From Leucoraja ocellata (lineage: Eukaryota): a stretch of DNA of 64,000 nucleotides. Made by a program: the position numbers and the translations under genes. This document shows, piece after piece, positions 24,543 to 35,809 of the stretch. The DNA is taken from assembly GCA_036785375.1 (NCBI GenBank), contig JAWMAR010000054.1:3658001-3722000 (forward strand), read 5' to 3'. Position 1 is the stretch's first letter, and each line of letters opens with the position of its first letter. A model generated the notes under the pieces. The model did not search any database and was not told the DNA's origin. It was given only the letters and a program-made list of their open reading frames with translations.

Positions 24543-24804
24543 ATGGGCTCTTTTGAGAGTTAATATAGGAAATATCAATGTTTTCTCCAGAAGAGGGGAG
24601 ATGTTTGAACCAAACAAATTATTCTAAGAAGAAAATAACTGAATTGTATTTGTGATTTTCAGACATTTTTGCCACAAGGGATTCTCCAAAATATCATTCA
24701 TAATCTAGGATTAGAAAGATTTATTTTATGTTGTGCATCAAATTGGACAGGAGTTTTGTTTTGAATTTCCATGTCAACATAATTCAAGAAGCATCATTAG
24801 TCAA

Positions 24805-25265
24805 TGTTCAAGTCAAGTCAAGAGAGTTTATTCCCAGACGGGACAATGAAATCATCAGCACTACAGCACACAGAATATAGTAGGCACAAATACAGAACAT
24901 ATTAGATTAGATTAGATTAGATTCCTTTATTGTCATTCAGACCTTTCGGTATGAACGAAATTTCGATGCCTGCAGTCATACATAATAATAATAAACAACA
25001 AAACATACAATAAACACAAATTAGCATCCACCACAGTGAGTCCACCACATGTCATATCAGTGAGTCCATATACCATTATATAAATATATACACACATCAA
25101 TAAATAAGCAGTTAAAGTGCAAATAAACAGATAATGGTCTCTTAATGTTCAGAGATTTGTTTCAGTTGAGTTTAATAGCCTGATGGCTGTGGGGAAGTAG
25201 CTATTTCTGACCCTGGACGTTGCAGTCTTCAGGCTCCTGTACCTTCTACCTGAAGGTAGCGGGGA
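24805..25265 (-). mobile_element. Rex1-type 3' fragments, nested ((ACTTG)n tail and (ATCTA)n tail)
   Basis: caagtcaagtcaag and attagattagattag tails; tagcctgatggctgtggggaag body. Confidence 0.65.
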
Positions 25266-25359
25266 GTTAATGTGGGGATTTTGCGTTTATTTATTTAAGG
25301 GAAATTGGCATTAAAATAAAATAATGAATTAATGAAAAACTAATCTCTGTACCCCATAG

Positions 25360-27756
25360 GAAAACAGAGACAGAGAAATTAAGGAACTCTGTCAACAACA
25401 AAGGCAAAAGGAATTGGATGAGAAACGGCATTCGTGGGCTGCTGGTGAACGGAGTATCTTTGGAAGGAGTAGTAGCGAAAATGATGTGAAACTGCTCATC
25501 AAGGATGGACTACATGACCTAATAGCTTTCACTCATCCGAGATCTCAAAGCCCCGGGAGTGTGAAGAGAAATAGAAGCAGACGTTTGCGCTCATCGGAAG
25601 GTGCTGCTATTGACAGCCATTTATTGTCATTTTTGCAGGCTGCACATACAGAAGAACAAGCTAAGTCAAACAGTATCCCTCGTTCTGTTGCACGTAGCTC
25701 TAGACAGAGGGTAGCCTGGCAAAAGATGTCAGAAACCCATGATGGAAGCTTAGATAGTGCCCACTTTGACTCCAATCAGGGCTGTGCTCATACCACAGTT
25801 ATAAAAGACAGCTATCCCTGCTTGGCTTCAGCTGAGCCGTGCACTGCTAGGAATACAGAGACCGCTCCTACAGAGAACTTCGCAAAGACTGAAAGTGCAA
25901 TTGGTCAGCATGAACAAGATGCCTACAATAACAATGAGAATATAATAAAGGATAATGCCCACACAAAGTATACAGACATCACGAACCTTAACCAGATGAT
26001 TGCCTCCGAACAGCAGCTTGAGCTTCTTGAAGGCTTACAGATTTTCAATTGCACCAGTGCCGCTGACTCTAGCCAAGTGACGACCTGTGATGATGTTACA
26101 CTAACAGACCTGGAGTACAGCGAAGACCTGAGTTTGCAGACTCCTACAGATGTGAGTTTGTCGACACCGAGTACAGATGTGAGTGTGCAGACTCCAAGTA
26201 CAGATGTGGGCATGCAAACTCTCAGTATAGATGTGGGTGTGCAGACTCCCAGTGCAGATGTGAGTGTGCAGACACCTAGTACAGATGTGAGTGTACAAAC
26301 TCCTAGTACAGAGGAGAATCTGCAGACTACTGATACAGATGTCAGTGTGCAGGCCTGTGACACAGATATGAGTCCCCTGATGTCTAGCACCAGTGTAGGC
26401 ATTCAGACATCCTCTAGCTCTGATTCTGGTGCATTTTCTGGTCTGGTCTCAAAGATATTTGATGGTGAGTCTTACTGCTTTACGGATTCTCGGTCATTAC
26501 CACAGAAAATAAAGAATATAGAAGGCACTGAAGTATCCATCCAGAGTTCAGATGCAACGAATAACAAGGAAAGCAGAACGGTGTTTTTTGTTTTGGGATA
26601 TACAGGAGGTGGAGATTGTTCTGAACCTTCAGAGCAATGTGAAGTCAAAGCTGCCTGCCAGAAAATCCAAGTAGAATCACACCACCAATTTAAAAGCCCT
26701 AAAGGAGATCACACTGAAGTTTCTAATGATTTGTCGGACAATTCTCTCATTCCCATTACCAAAAATATAACCATTAATAATGACCGTGCTATTGAGGCAG
26801 CCTCGGAGACAATGAACTTACCAAAGGTAGCAAAGCAGATTTGCAGTTTAAAGCAGCCTAGTACGGTTAGAGGAGAAGCATTGCCCACTCCAAAATCAAC
26901 TTTGCATTGTTTGAGCAGTCCAGTTCCTCCTAAAACCTCAAGGACAACAAACCACCCTAATAACGAGGAAATGAGGAGGGTTTTGCCAATATCAAAGTCA
27001 AGTAGAAGATCCAACAGTGTCAGAAGACCAGAAGCAAAAGCATTAAGTAATGATGAACAAAAACACTCTCATAAGGCTTCAGGGTCAAAGTGGCGAGACG
27101 GTTTGTCAAAGACTCCTCGCAGGTCCAGCTATCCAGTGGCAGAACAAAAGCCAACAAAAGAGACTGCTGCTTTGGCAAACTCATCTAATAGCATTGCAAA
27201 GCGTAAAGACTCCCTCAGAAAACCTGCCGCTAAGCCAGTCCGAAATATCCCCAAGCCAAAGCCTGATGAAAGCAGTAAGATTTGTCGCTCAGTTACAAGA
27301 AGCTTCCCCAGGCACAGCACAAATACAGGCGGAACAACAGAGTCCACGGGAGGAAATAGCAATTCAGCCTCACCAATGCTTACTCCCAACTTTGCCAGAA
27401 ACACTGTGGCCTCTTCCTCTCGACGCCAGAGGACAGATCCCAGACCGATTCCCAGCACACCTCCACAGCCCGCCAAAGCAACAAACCTCACCAGAACCTC
27501 TTCGCAGAGGCAATCTACGCCCAAGCACGTTGGGACAAACCATACAAAGAGCAGTGAAAATACCAGCATGAAACGGCCAAGTACCCAAAAACTGGGGAGC
27601 AAGACCGAAGAGGAGGAGAAGGCACCAACATGCAAAACACAGTCCACCTACACAGGCGACAACACTTCGCAAACATCAGCCGAAAAGAAACACCTTCCAG
27701 CCACAGATTCCATTAGAAGCAAGAAAACTCCAGAAAGATCATCGAAGTGGAAGTAA
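25360..27756 (+). CDS. FHDC1: FHDC1 terminal coding exon (798 aa + stop): coiled coil, GRSSSENDV motif, QT-repeat array, Ser/Thr/Lys-rich microtubule-binding tail
   Basis: ccccatag|GAA acceptor in frame with the 780-aa ORF 25414..27756; ENRDRE..RHSWAAGERSIFGRSSSENDV, MRRVLPISKS, KPVRNIP and PNFARNTVASSSR match my recollection of conserved FHDC1 C-terminal blocks. Confidence 0.93.
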   Translation, partial: ENRDREIKELCQQQRQKELDEKRHSWAAGERSIFGRSSSENDVKLLIKDGLHDLIAFTHPRSQSPGSVKRNRSRRLRSSEGAAIDSHLLSFLQAAHTEEQAKSNSIPRSVARSSRQRVAWQKMSETHDGSLDSAHFDSNQGCAHTTVIKDSYPCLASAEPCTARNTETAPTENFAKTESAIGQHEQDAYNNNENIIKDNAHTKYTDITNLNQMIASEQQLELLEGLQIFNCTSAADSSQVTTCDDVTLTDLEYSEDLSLQTPTDVSLSTPSTDVSVQTPSTDVGMQTLSIDVGVQTPSADVSVQTPSTDVSVQTPSTEENLQTTDTDVSVQACDTDMSPLMSSTSVGIQTSSSSDSGAFSGLVSKIFDGESYCFTDSRSLPQKIKNIEGTEVSIQSSDATNNKESRTVFFVLGYTGGGDCSEPSEQCEVKAACQKIQVESHHQFKSPKGDHTEVSNDLSDNSLIPITKNITINNDRAIEAASETMNLPKVAKQICSLKQPSTVRGEALPTPKSTLHCLSSPVPPKTSRTTNHPNNEEMRRVLPISKSSRRSNSVRRPEAKALSNDEQKHSHKASGSKWRDGLSKTPRRSSYPVAEQKPTKETAALANSSNSIAKRKDSLRKPAAKPVRNIPKPKPDESSKICRSVTRSFPRHSTNTGGTTESTGGNSNSASPMLTPNFARNTVASSSRRQRTDPRPIPSTPPQPAKATNLTRTSSQRQSTPKHVGTNHTKSSENTSMKRPSTQKLGSKTEEEEKAPTCKTQSTYTGDNTSQTSAEKKHLPATDSIRSKKTPERSSKWK
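26125..26409 (+). repeat. Coding 27-bp tandem repeat (9-aa unit, consensus TDVSVQTPS) in the FHDC1 terminal exon
   Basis: Units DLSLQTPT, DVSLSTPST, DVSVQTPST, DVGMQTLSI, DVGVQTPSA, DVSVQTPST, DVSVQTPST, EENLQTTDT, DVSVQACDT, then SVGIQTS; DNA unit about acagatgtgagtgtgcagactccnagt. Confidence 0.95.
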
Positions 27757-29770
27757 AATGTTTTATTGATCACTTAGAGCTTAGGGCAGTAGCAAGTTAA
27801 AATCTTTGTAGACCTTCCCGAATGGAAGTTCTCCCTTTGTGTGCCTGCAGTTCGATTTTCCATTGGTGTGTATTGGTGTTCTGCGTTGGTCAAACATGCC
27901 GGGTCTTGCCGGCAAGAATCAGTTATCTTTTGTGAACCATCCTTTGTGGCACCAAGAAATGGAGCAGGAAACTGCCAGGACCAGCTCTGCCTTTCAGACA
28001 TGAATCTCCTGCCATTCATTCACAAATTCATTGATGTACAGAAAAAGCCAGTTGGCCTTATCGCATCTAAACATGGCAGCAAGAGGCAGAGATTGGAAAT
28101 CCAGTGGGGGGGATGATAATTGAATTTGGAAATAATAATCCCATTCGACAGAGGCCGAACCAGATCTCAGCAGCGTTTGGTAAAGTTGCGACGTATTTGC
28201 TAATTCCTCAGGAAGAAGTACCGATCCGTGGTATTTTCAGGATTAAGTGTGAGTGCTGCTTCTCCGTGATGGATTTTGATCCATTCCATGAAAATGTCAA
28301 GAAGCTAAGCTAGCTTTATATCTCTCTGCAGCTGGTGAATGTATCTTTTTAAAATGTCAAGATTAAATCTTCCAATTTTTAGAAGATGGCTATTTATAGT
28401 TATGGTGGGCTCCTACTTTCTTTTTAAGGGAGGAAAGTACTGGTGCTAAGGAATAGAAATGTATAGAGAAACTAGTGGACGACTGAGTGGGCTGGAGTTT
28501 CCACTTGATTACATAGTTGCAGCACAATAATTTATTTTTTGTATTGTGATATGAATAATGTGTATAAATACACAGTGCATAGCATATTCTGTACAGTATT
28601 GGTATATCTTAGTTAAACTCCATGGACGGGATAACTATTGTGTTCAGTCACTTTCACCAAGGGCTCATTACGACTATAGAGATTGGAACCAAGGGTTGAA
28701 GGGACCACTATATGTAGCTGGGACAAGTCAATATAAATTGATACTTTTTCTGGTCGCCCCTATGTTGGAGGAGTCACATGAGTGCAAACCGATGAACATT
28801 GTAGAGTTCTTACTCTGAAACACAACGATAGCCCATTCGATGTCGAACGTTGGCTGGTGAATTTTGAACACAAGCAGTGCCACGAAACAGCCGCACACTT
28901 TGTAGTTAATGATATCCTTATATTGAATATTGTGCTAGTATGCATATGGGGATGTTGCACTGTTTCTTCAGCAGTTGGCTTTTTACTGATGTCATTAAAC
29001 ATGAAAGCTGCTCGTTTGTCTGCAACTGCTTTGTTAGGCCTGTGCCTGTCCGAGCAATGGCGTATGGGACATTTCCTGCTCTCGTTCTATAGTGTTTTTT
29101 ATGGGGCTATGTTACACCCAAATTTCTCTCCAGGTGGTACTTTAACCTAAAAAATATATATTTTTGTTAGATATGAGATCATTATATCTCTTAACAGCCA
29201 CACATACTGCCTGTGAAACGGACAAGACTGAATGTGGGTAGGACTGCTTCTGAAGCTGCCCCATTTACTTGAGATGAATGTTTTTTTACTATTGGCAGAT
29301 TAAGGAATTCCAGTCTCTTATTGTTTGTAATTCAATTAGCATGGGGTGTTACTACACATCCGCAAAAGTGTTAGAGTTTAGTGTAATATAACAAGACTGA
29401 TTTACCTCCTGAAGAGGTCAATTTTAAAGTGTCTATTTTTTTTCGTCTTCATAATTTGGTCATTTGGATTTGAGGATTGAATTTGGCTTCATTGTCCATT
29501 CCAACCCGTGTGTATTGCGCCCTCTGGTGGCATTGTGTAACATATCTATGGTAATTGCTTTCTTTTACCGTTCCATCTGCATCCACCCTCATTAACTATT
29601 AAATTGCAACGGCTCAATGGACGTTCAAATTTTAAGATCACCTTACATTTGTAAACAAAAGTGATGTATCTCTGTAAATTGAAATGAAGTGTTGTAGTAT
29701 TTGCACGTTCCACATAACTCCTGTTCAGTCAAGTATTAAAAGTCAGTTCTGTCCCATCAAATAGTGATTG
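27757..29770 (+). other. FHDC1: Probable FHDC1 3' UTR
   Basis: About 2 kb after the stop with no recognisable transposon, unlike the flanks; candidate ATTAAA signals at 29598-29603 and 29735-29740, the latter followed by GT-rich sequence; exact end is inferred. Confidence 0.6.
29517..29532 (-). promoter_or_regulatory. CTCF motif TGCCACCAGAGGGCGC
   Basis: Reverse complement of gcgccctctggtggca is an essentially perfect CTCF core. Confidence 0.7.
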
Positions 29771-29919
29771 TGTTGCCTACTTATTGCAATGTGCTTTCCT
29801 AATGAAGCTTTATAAAGATTAGCTGTTAGAAACTGCAATCTAAGTTGGGCCCTAACGGTGTGCAAAATTGGGACCGTGATTTGCGCTGTCAATGTTCAGT
29901 TCCATTTCTGAATAATACA

Positions 29920-30305
29920 GTCTAGATTCGAGATACAGCGTGGAAACAGGCCCTTCAGTCCACCGAGTCCGTGCCGACCAGTGATCCCCATCCACTAGCA
30001 CTATCCCACACACACTAGGGACAATTTACAATTATACCAAACCTGAACGGAAACCTCTGGAGACTTTGTGCCCCACCCAAGGTTTCCGTGCGGTTCCCGG
30101 AGGTTGCAGGTGTTTGCCGGAGGTTGCAGGTAGTGGAAGCAGGTAGGGAGACTGACAAAAACCTCCGGGAACCGCACGGAAACCTTGGGTGGGGCGGAAA
30201 GTCTCCAGAGGTTTCCGTTCAGGCTTCTTTCCTAAGTGGGACAGGGGCATAAGGCAGCAACTCTACCACTGCGTCACCGTGCCGCCCTCTACTGCTACGC
30301 CACCG
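29920..30305 (-). mobile_element. HE1-like SINE with a family C MITE (about 30039-30249) inserted at a TAA
   Basis: gagatacagcgtggaaacaggcccttc.. and ..taaggcagcaactctacc flank a MITE missing its left TIR. Confidence 0.8.
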
Positions 30306-32576
30306 TGCATGATAGGGATTGATGGAACAATGATAGGTGTTGAATTTTGCAGCCTCGATGGCAAAGATAGATGAACGAATGAATAAGTTTATTGGCCAAG
30401 TATTCACATACAAGATGCTTTGCAAAATCACACTAATTGAAATGTGATTGAAGTTTTGCATCATAACATCCCAAAGAGAGATCTGTGATAGCAATCTTCT
30501 AACTTTGAAGAGTTAGTATTTATTCTTTTCCCACTGTGTCCATGTATTCATTACTGGATTGCAGTGGGAGTTGGAAAGGTGGAGAACTGAGCACATGGAT
30601 GTCAGTGGTTGTTTAGTAATGGACGCATGCATAAGCAGCAACATAGGATATAACCCCTTGAATGTGATCTACATTGATAAGAACGTCTGATCTTGGCTGT
30701 TCATTCCCTGAACCGGTTGTCCCCCAGGTTGCGGCAGGGTCCTGTGCCTCAAACTGTCTGTAAACAACAGTTCACAATTTGGAAATGTGCCTGTGAACGG
30801 AGTTCCCACACAGCTGAAGTTGCCTGTACCCCGCAGCGGCTGGCAAACCCGACCTACAATCGGTCATCCAATTGTTTATTTGTATGCATGGGCTGTACAT
30901 AAGTCACCCGTTCATAAACTGTAACTCTTGATGTCCAAGTGATCTATCCGAACCTTGAGTATATTCAATGACTCAATCACCTCAGCTGCCTTGGGTAAAT
31001 GTTTTTTAAATATTTGAAAGCTACAAGGAGGATACTAAAACATGCCGGCTCTAGTGTACTGTCTAACTGTGGTCTATCTTACACTCTTACACTTGGTATG
31101 AGATTGTTGCCTAATGTATAGTGGAATCATCACTGAATTGTATCCAAAAACATAATTTCACTGTACTTCAGTACACAGGACAATAAAGTACCATTGATAA
31201 AGTATTATTGAACTATTAAATAATTCCAAATGCTCTGTGAGTGGAAAGAAAATACACTCATCTCCAGACTAAAAGATAGACTCCATAATCTAGAGCAATT
31301 CCCCCTCGTTCCTGGGTCGCCAACATGTAAACGCTCTCAGTATTCACCCTGTCAAGCCCAGACTCTTACACATTTCAGTAAGTTCATCTCCCATTCTAAA
31401 CACCAATGAGCGTATGTTCAATCTGCTCAACTTCTCCTCCAAAGGCAACCCCAAGTAAACTTTCTCTCAACTTACTTTTAATAGAAATATATTGGTATCT
31501 GGGATAAGGTGATCTGTTGCCTTGGAGAATAGCAGTCAGTGTGACTGGGACAAGGGATAAAGGGGGAAGGTATGACACTTATGATAAAAAAAAAACCGAA
31601 ATGGGACTGGTCAGGTTGTGCACCACCTGATTTATGGAAATCTGCCTTTATGAAAAATTATCTCATTCATTTTTTAAGATTTTTTTCAAGATAGTAATAT
31701 ATTTCATGGTATCATTAATAACCCGGATGCGGTATATGTTTCATCAGATACATTATGGGAAATGTTAAGGAGAACCTAGAAAATATTCAATGAAGCAAAA
31801 GAATTATAGGAAGTCTATGTTAAGGGCAGTGACAAAAAAAATTATATTAAAAAGAAAAATCAGTAAATGCAGTTCCTCATCAAATGGAACCTTACGTAAC
31901 CCAGCGACAACCTGTTATCTGCTATCCCACTTCAGAAATCAAGATGAGTTAGTATCCATTTCACTGGTAGCTACTTTCTGAGCTCCCTTTTATACATCAG
32001 AGCACTGGTTACCATGCTCTCTTTCACACACGGGCATGGTCCATGCACTCCCTTTCACACAGTGGGACTTCAGTTGCAACGCTCCAATTACACCGACGGT
32101 GCCCAGTTTCAACACCCCCATTAAACTCAGCATTTATTCCTGCATTCGTTTGAATCTCACCCAGCTTGGTTTTTAGCACTCCTTTGAAACGTGGTCAGGC
32201 CTGGCTTCCCGTGTCCTTTGAACTTACCTTATTAACTGGAAAATGTATTCTTCTACTGTGTAATATCTCAAGAAAGTGTCGGAGAATTAATAAAAAGAAA
32301 TCCAATTGGCCAGAAAATCTACTAGTTCACCACTGAGACTGAGCATTCTGGACTAACAGAAATTTACTGTAGGTGTGGGTTAAACAACGCATTGGAGAAT
32401 CACTGGGTATCCACGGTACAGCAATGTGAGTGATTTAGTACACATTGCACTGATGTATAGTGTTAGTTGGCATTTTAACATTACAATTTGCTGACACTTC
32501 CCTCCTGAACTGCACATGATAAAAGTTGATAGCATTGTGATTCATTCATTAGCAAGGATTGAGAACTAGCTAACAA

Positions 32577-33045
32577 ATTCCTGGGATGTCAGGACTGGTT
32601 TATGAAGAAAGACTGGATAGACTTGGTTTATACTCTCTAGAATTTAGGAGATTGAGAGGGGATCTTATAGAAACGTACAGAATTCTTAAGGGGTTGGACA
32701 GGCTAGATGCAGGAAGATTGCTCCCGATGTTGGGGAAGTCCAGTACAAGGGGTCACAGCTTAAGGATAAGGGGGAAATCCTTTAAAACTGAGATGAGAAG
32801 AACTTTTTTCACACAGAGAGTGGTGAATCTCTGGAACTCTCTGCCACAGGGGGTAGTTGAGGCCAGTTCATTGGCTATATTTAAGAGGGAGTTAGATGTG
32901 GCCCTTGTGGCTCAGGGGATCAGAGGGTATGGAGAGAAGGCAGGTACGGGATACTGAGTTGGATGATCAGCCATGATCATATTGAATGTAGGTGCAGGCT
33001 CGAAGGGCCGAATGGCCCACTCCTGCACCTAATTTCTATGTTTCT
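32577..33045 (+). mobile_element. CR1 3' fragment (young subfamily)
   Basis: ORF 32586..32957 MSGLVYEERLDRLGLYSLEFRRLRGDLIETY.. Confidence 0.93.
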
Positions 33046-33175
33046 AAATCGGGATAAAAGAGCCATTTTCATATTAGCAAAGAATCTGGAAAGGGGAATG
33101 GTCAACATTTCAGGTCTTGTAAGATATTACGGATTCAGCTTGTAGATAGAAACAAGCGCAGGTTTTCAGTTCCAC

Positions 33176-34515
33176 TGTTGCCAGTATCGGTCTTTATTGT
33201 GTAAAAGTACACTGCACATACTCATATTCACAAGACTGATAAGATATAGAATATATCACATGACATAGATCATACCATTCTAGTACTCAGTTCTTAAAGT
33301 TACAGTTACCATTATATACACGACACTGTTCTCCCCTTAGAAGGTCAAATAACTTGTAAATTATACGACCAAGAATAATTTTATACATTTCATCTGACGA
33401 CTGGTTTACGCACTCGTACTGATCTGCTGAGTGGTTTAGGGGGAGTGTCAGGTTGTTGTTCTAAAGGAGAGTCAAGTTCAGGATTATTTACCTTGGTCTC
33501 TACTTTGTTTGGAGATTCTGCTCTTACATCTGAACTTGGAATAATACCAAGGCTCTGACAGATCTGTTTCTTCGTCTATGCTTTGCTCTTGTACCGGTTC
33601 AGCGATCCCTTGCTGGGATCATATGGTTTATGTGCACACTTCTAACATGTCCTCCAATTTCCACCAAGTATTTCCTGGTACCACACACTTCAACTACGGT
33701 TCCCACCCCCCCATTTGCTTTGTAAGTGGGGCTGAGAACACGAACCTGATCATATGTATTGAACCTACATTCTTTTTGACTTCCACTATAATGACGTTTC
33801 TGATCAGATTGTTTGCATTCAACCTTAGGAGATAGGTTAGGTAACGGACCCGCGGCCAACTTCTACCGCGGGTCCGGTATGGACTTACATCACCCCTGGA
33901 GGGGAGCTTCGACCGCCGGCCCTGCAGACTGCGGTGCTTACGGCTGCGACGTGGAGGGAACTTTAAATCTTCGGCCGCCGGCCTGCGGCCTACACCAACT
34001 AAAAGCCGCGGTCTCCGGTGGGGAGGAGCCGACTCTGGACTTACCTGGACTTGTACCTTGTCCTTTTACCATCTGGACGCCCGCAGCAACGGCTGCGGAG
34101 GGTTGAGGTCCCGACCACGGGGGGAAATGGAGGAGGACTGGCCAAATTGTGTGCCTTCCACCACAGTGATGAATGCTGTGGTGGATGTTTATGTTAAAAA
34201 TTTATTGTGTTTTTGTGTGTGCCCTTTATCATTGTATCGCTGCTGACGTATCATTTCACTTGCACTTTTTGTGCAATGTGACAAATAAACCGTTGTATTG
34301 TATTGTAGAAGCAAATTCAGTCTAGTTCTGAGCCTTCCTTTCATAAATTCACCAGGCGTAGCTTGTGGCGTGGTACGATATTTCAGTAAGAAACTAGCTA
34401 GCTGCTGTGACATACTGAATTTTGAATTCCCTTCAAGAACTTGTTGCTTGAGAGCTCCTTTGATTATCCTGACTGACCTCTCCGCCGCATCGTTAGATGC
34501 CAGATGGTAAGTTGG
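33176..34515 (-). mobile_element. Gypsy-type LTR retrotransposon remnant: integrase C-terminus, PPT and 150-bp 3' LTR (33176-33325); interrupted at about 33841-34306
   Basis: Minus strand PTYHLASNDAAERSVRIIKGALK..LASFLLKYRTTP..RLRTRLNLL, then GTVVEVCGTRKYLVEIGGHVRSVHINHM; PPT AAGGGGAGAACAG abuts TGTCG...AATAAA...CAACA. Confidence 0.85.
33841..34306 (+). mobile_element. GC-rich non-autonomous retroelement with (TTGTA)n tail inserted in the Gypsy integrase
   Basis: Ends tgacaaataaaccgttgtattgtattgta; homologous to 11860-12174. Confidence 0.75.
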
Positions 34516-35045
34516 CAAGACGAGAAAAAATGAGGAAGATGAGAATATGTTTTGCTTTATAGATTTATGTATTGAGTGTGAGCATTTTAAAATCATGTTG
34601 TTTTGGCCATTGCAATTGGTACGGCCTTGTTTGGTGTTTTGAAAACACCAGGATACCGTGTTGTTGCAATGGTCCTTCACCCAAAGTTGTACAGTTTTTA
34701 AGCACTTGTTTCTCTCAAACTACTAATCTGGCCATGTTTTTAAAAAGATCTGCCATTGACCTGTCTGCTACTCACTTTCTCTAATTTGTTCATTAACCCA
34801 CATATACAATAATTTAGACAATTAGTCTGATAAAGGACACAACACTTCACCTGGTCAATTCATCTCCACATATGATGCCTGAACTTGCTGCATTCCTCCA
34901 GCCCTTTATGTTTTACTAACCAGTTTATTTTTGTAAAGAAGTGATGCCTGTAATGTGAGAACAGATGATTTTCCCTAAAATAAAACATATATACAAAATA
35001 CTGTGCAAAAACATTTCATGCATCCTCGATGTCTACACATTAGAT

Positions 35046-35750
35046 AATGTCAAGTCAAGTCAAGTTTATTCGTTAAATGAAAAGTGGCAATGCTCGCGGA
35101 TTGTGCAAAAAAACAAACTACAAAATAGAATGGAACAGAATCACATATTCACATATTACATATTTGTGGGAGGGAACCCCCCCCCCCCCCCCCCCAGCAA
35201 TTTTAAAAAGACACCACACAACAATAGAATGGTTCAGCAAAGTTAGTCCCTGGTGAGATAGGAGTTTACAGACCTAATGGCCACTGGGAAGAAACTCCTT
35301 CTCATCCTCTCCGTTCTCACAGCATGGCAACGGAGGCGTTTACCTGACTGTAGCAGCTGGAACAGTCCGTTGCTGGGGTGGAAGGGGTCCCCCATGATCA
35401 TGTTGGCTCTGGAGTTGCACCTTCTGATGTATAGTTCCTGCAGGGGGGCGAGTGAAGTTCCCATAGTGTGTTCGGCCGAACGCACTACTCTCTGCAGAGC
35501 CTTCATGTCCTGGGCAAAGCAGTTCCCAAACCAAATCGTGATATTTCCGGACAAGATGCTTTCCACAGCCGCTGAGTAGAAGCACTGGAGGATCCTCAGA
35601 GACACTCTGAATTTCTTCAATTGCCTGAGGTGGTAAAGGCGCTGCCTTGCCTTACTCATGAGTGCTGCAACGTGTGATGTCCATGTCAGATCGTCTGAGA
35701 TGTGGACTCTCAGGTATTTAAAGCAGCTCACCCTATCCACAGTATCCCCA
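35046..35750 (-). mobile_element. Rex1/Babar LINE 3' fragment
   Basis: ORF 35243..35809 FKYLRVHISDDLTW..KARQRLYHLRQLKKF..VESILSGNITIWFGNC; (ACTTG)n tail. Confidence 0.9.
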
Positions 35751-35809
35751 TCAAATAGTGTCATAGTGTTCATAACAATCTTTAAACTGCCTGCAGTCCA
35801 CCCTTTCAC

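Noticed and set aside
26743-26754. SLIP as an EB1-binding SxIP motif in FHDC1
   Set aside because: Acidic flanks (NDLSDN) are unfavourable; a 4-residue match is expected by chance
25923-27672. Antisense and alternative-frame ORFs over the FHDC1 terminal exon (159, 172, 173 aa)
   Set aside because: Shadows of a repetitive, low-complexity coding exon; no independent signals
31480-31860. Possible L1/Tx1 ORF2 C-terminal remnant (also about 19680-19890, minus strand)
   Set aside because: Too decayed to support by eye
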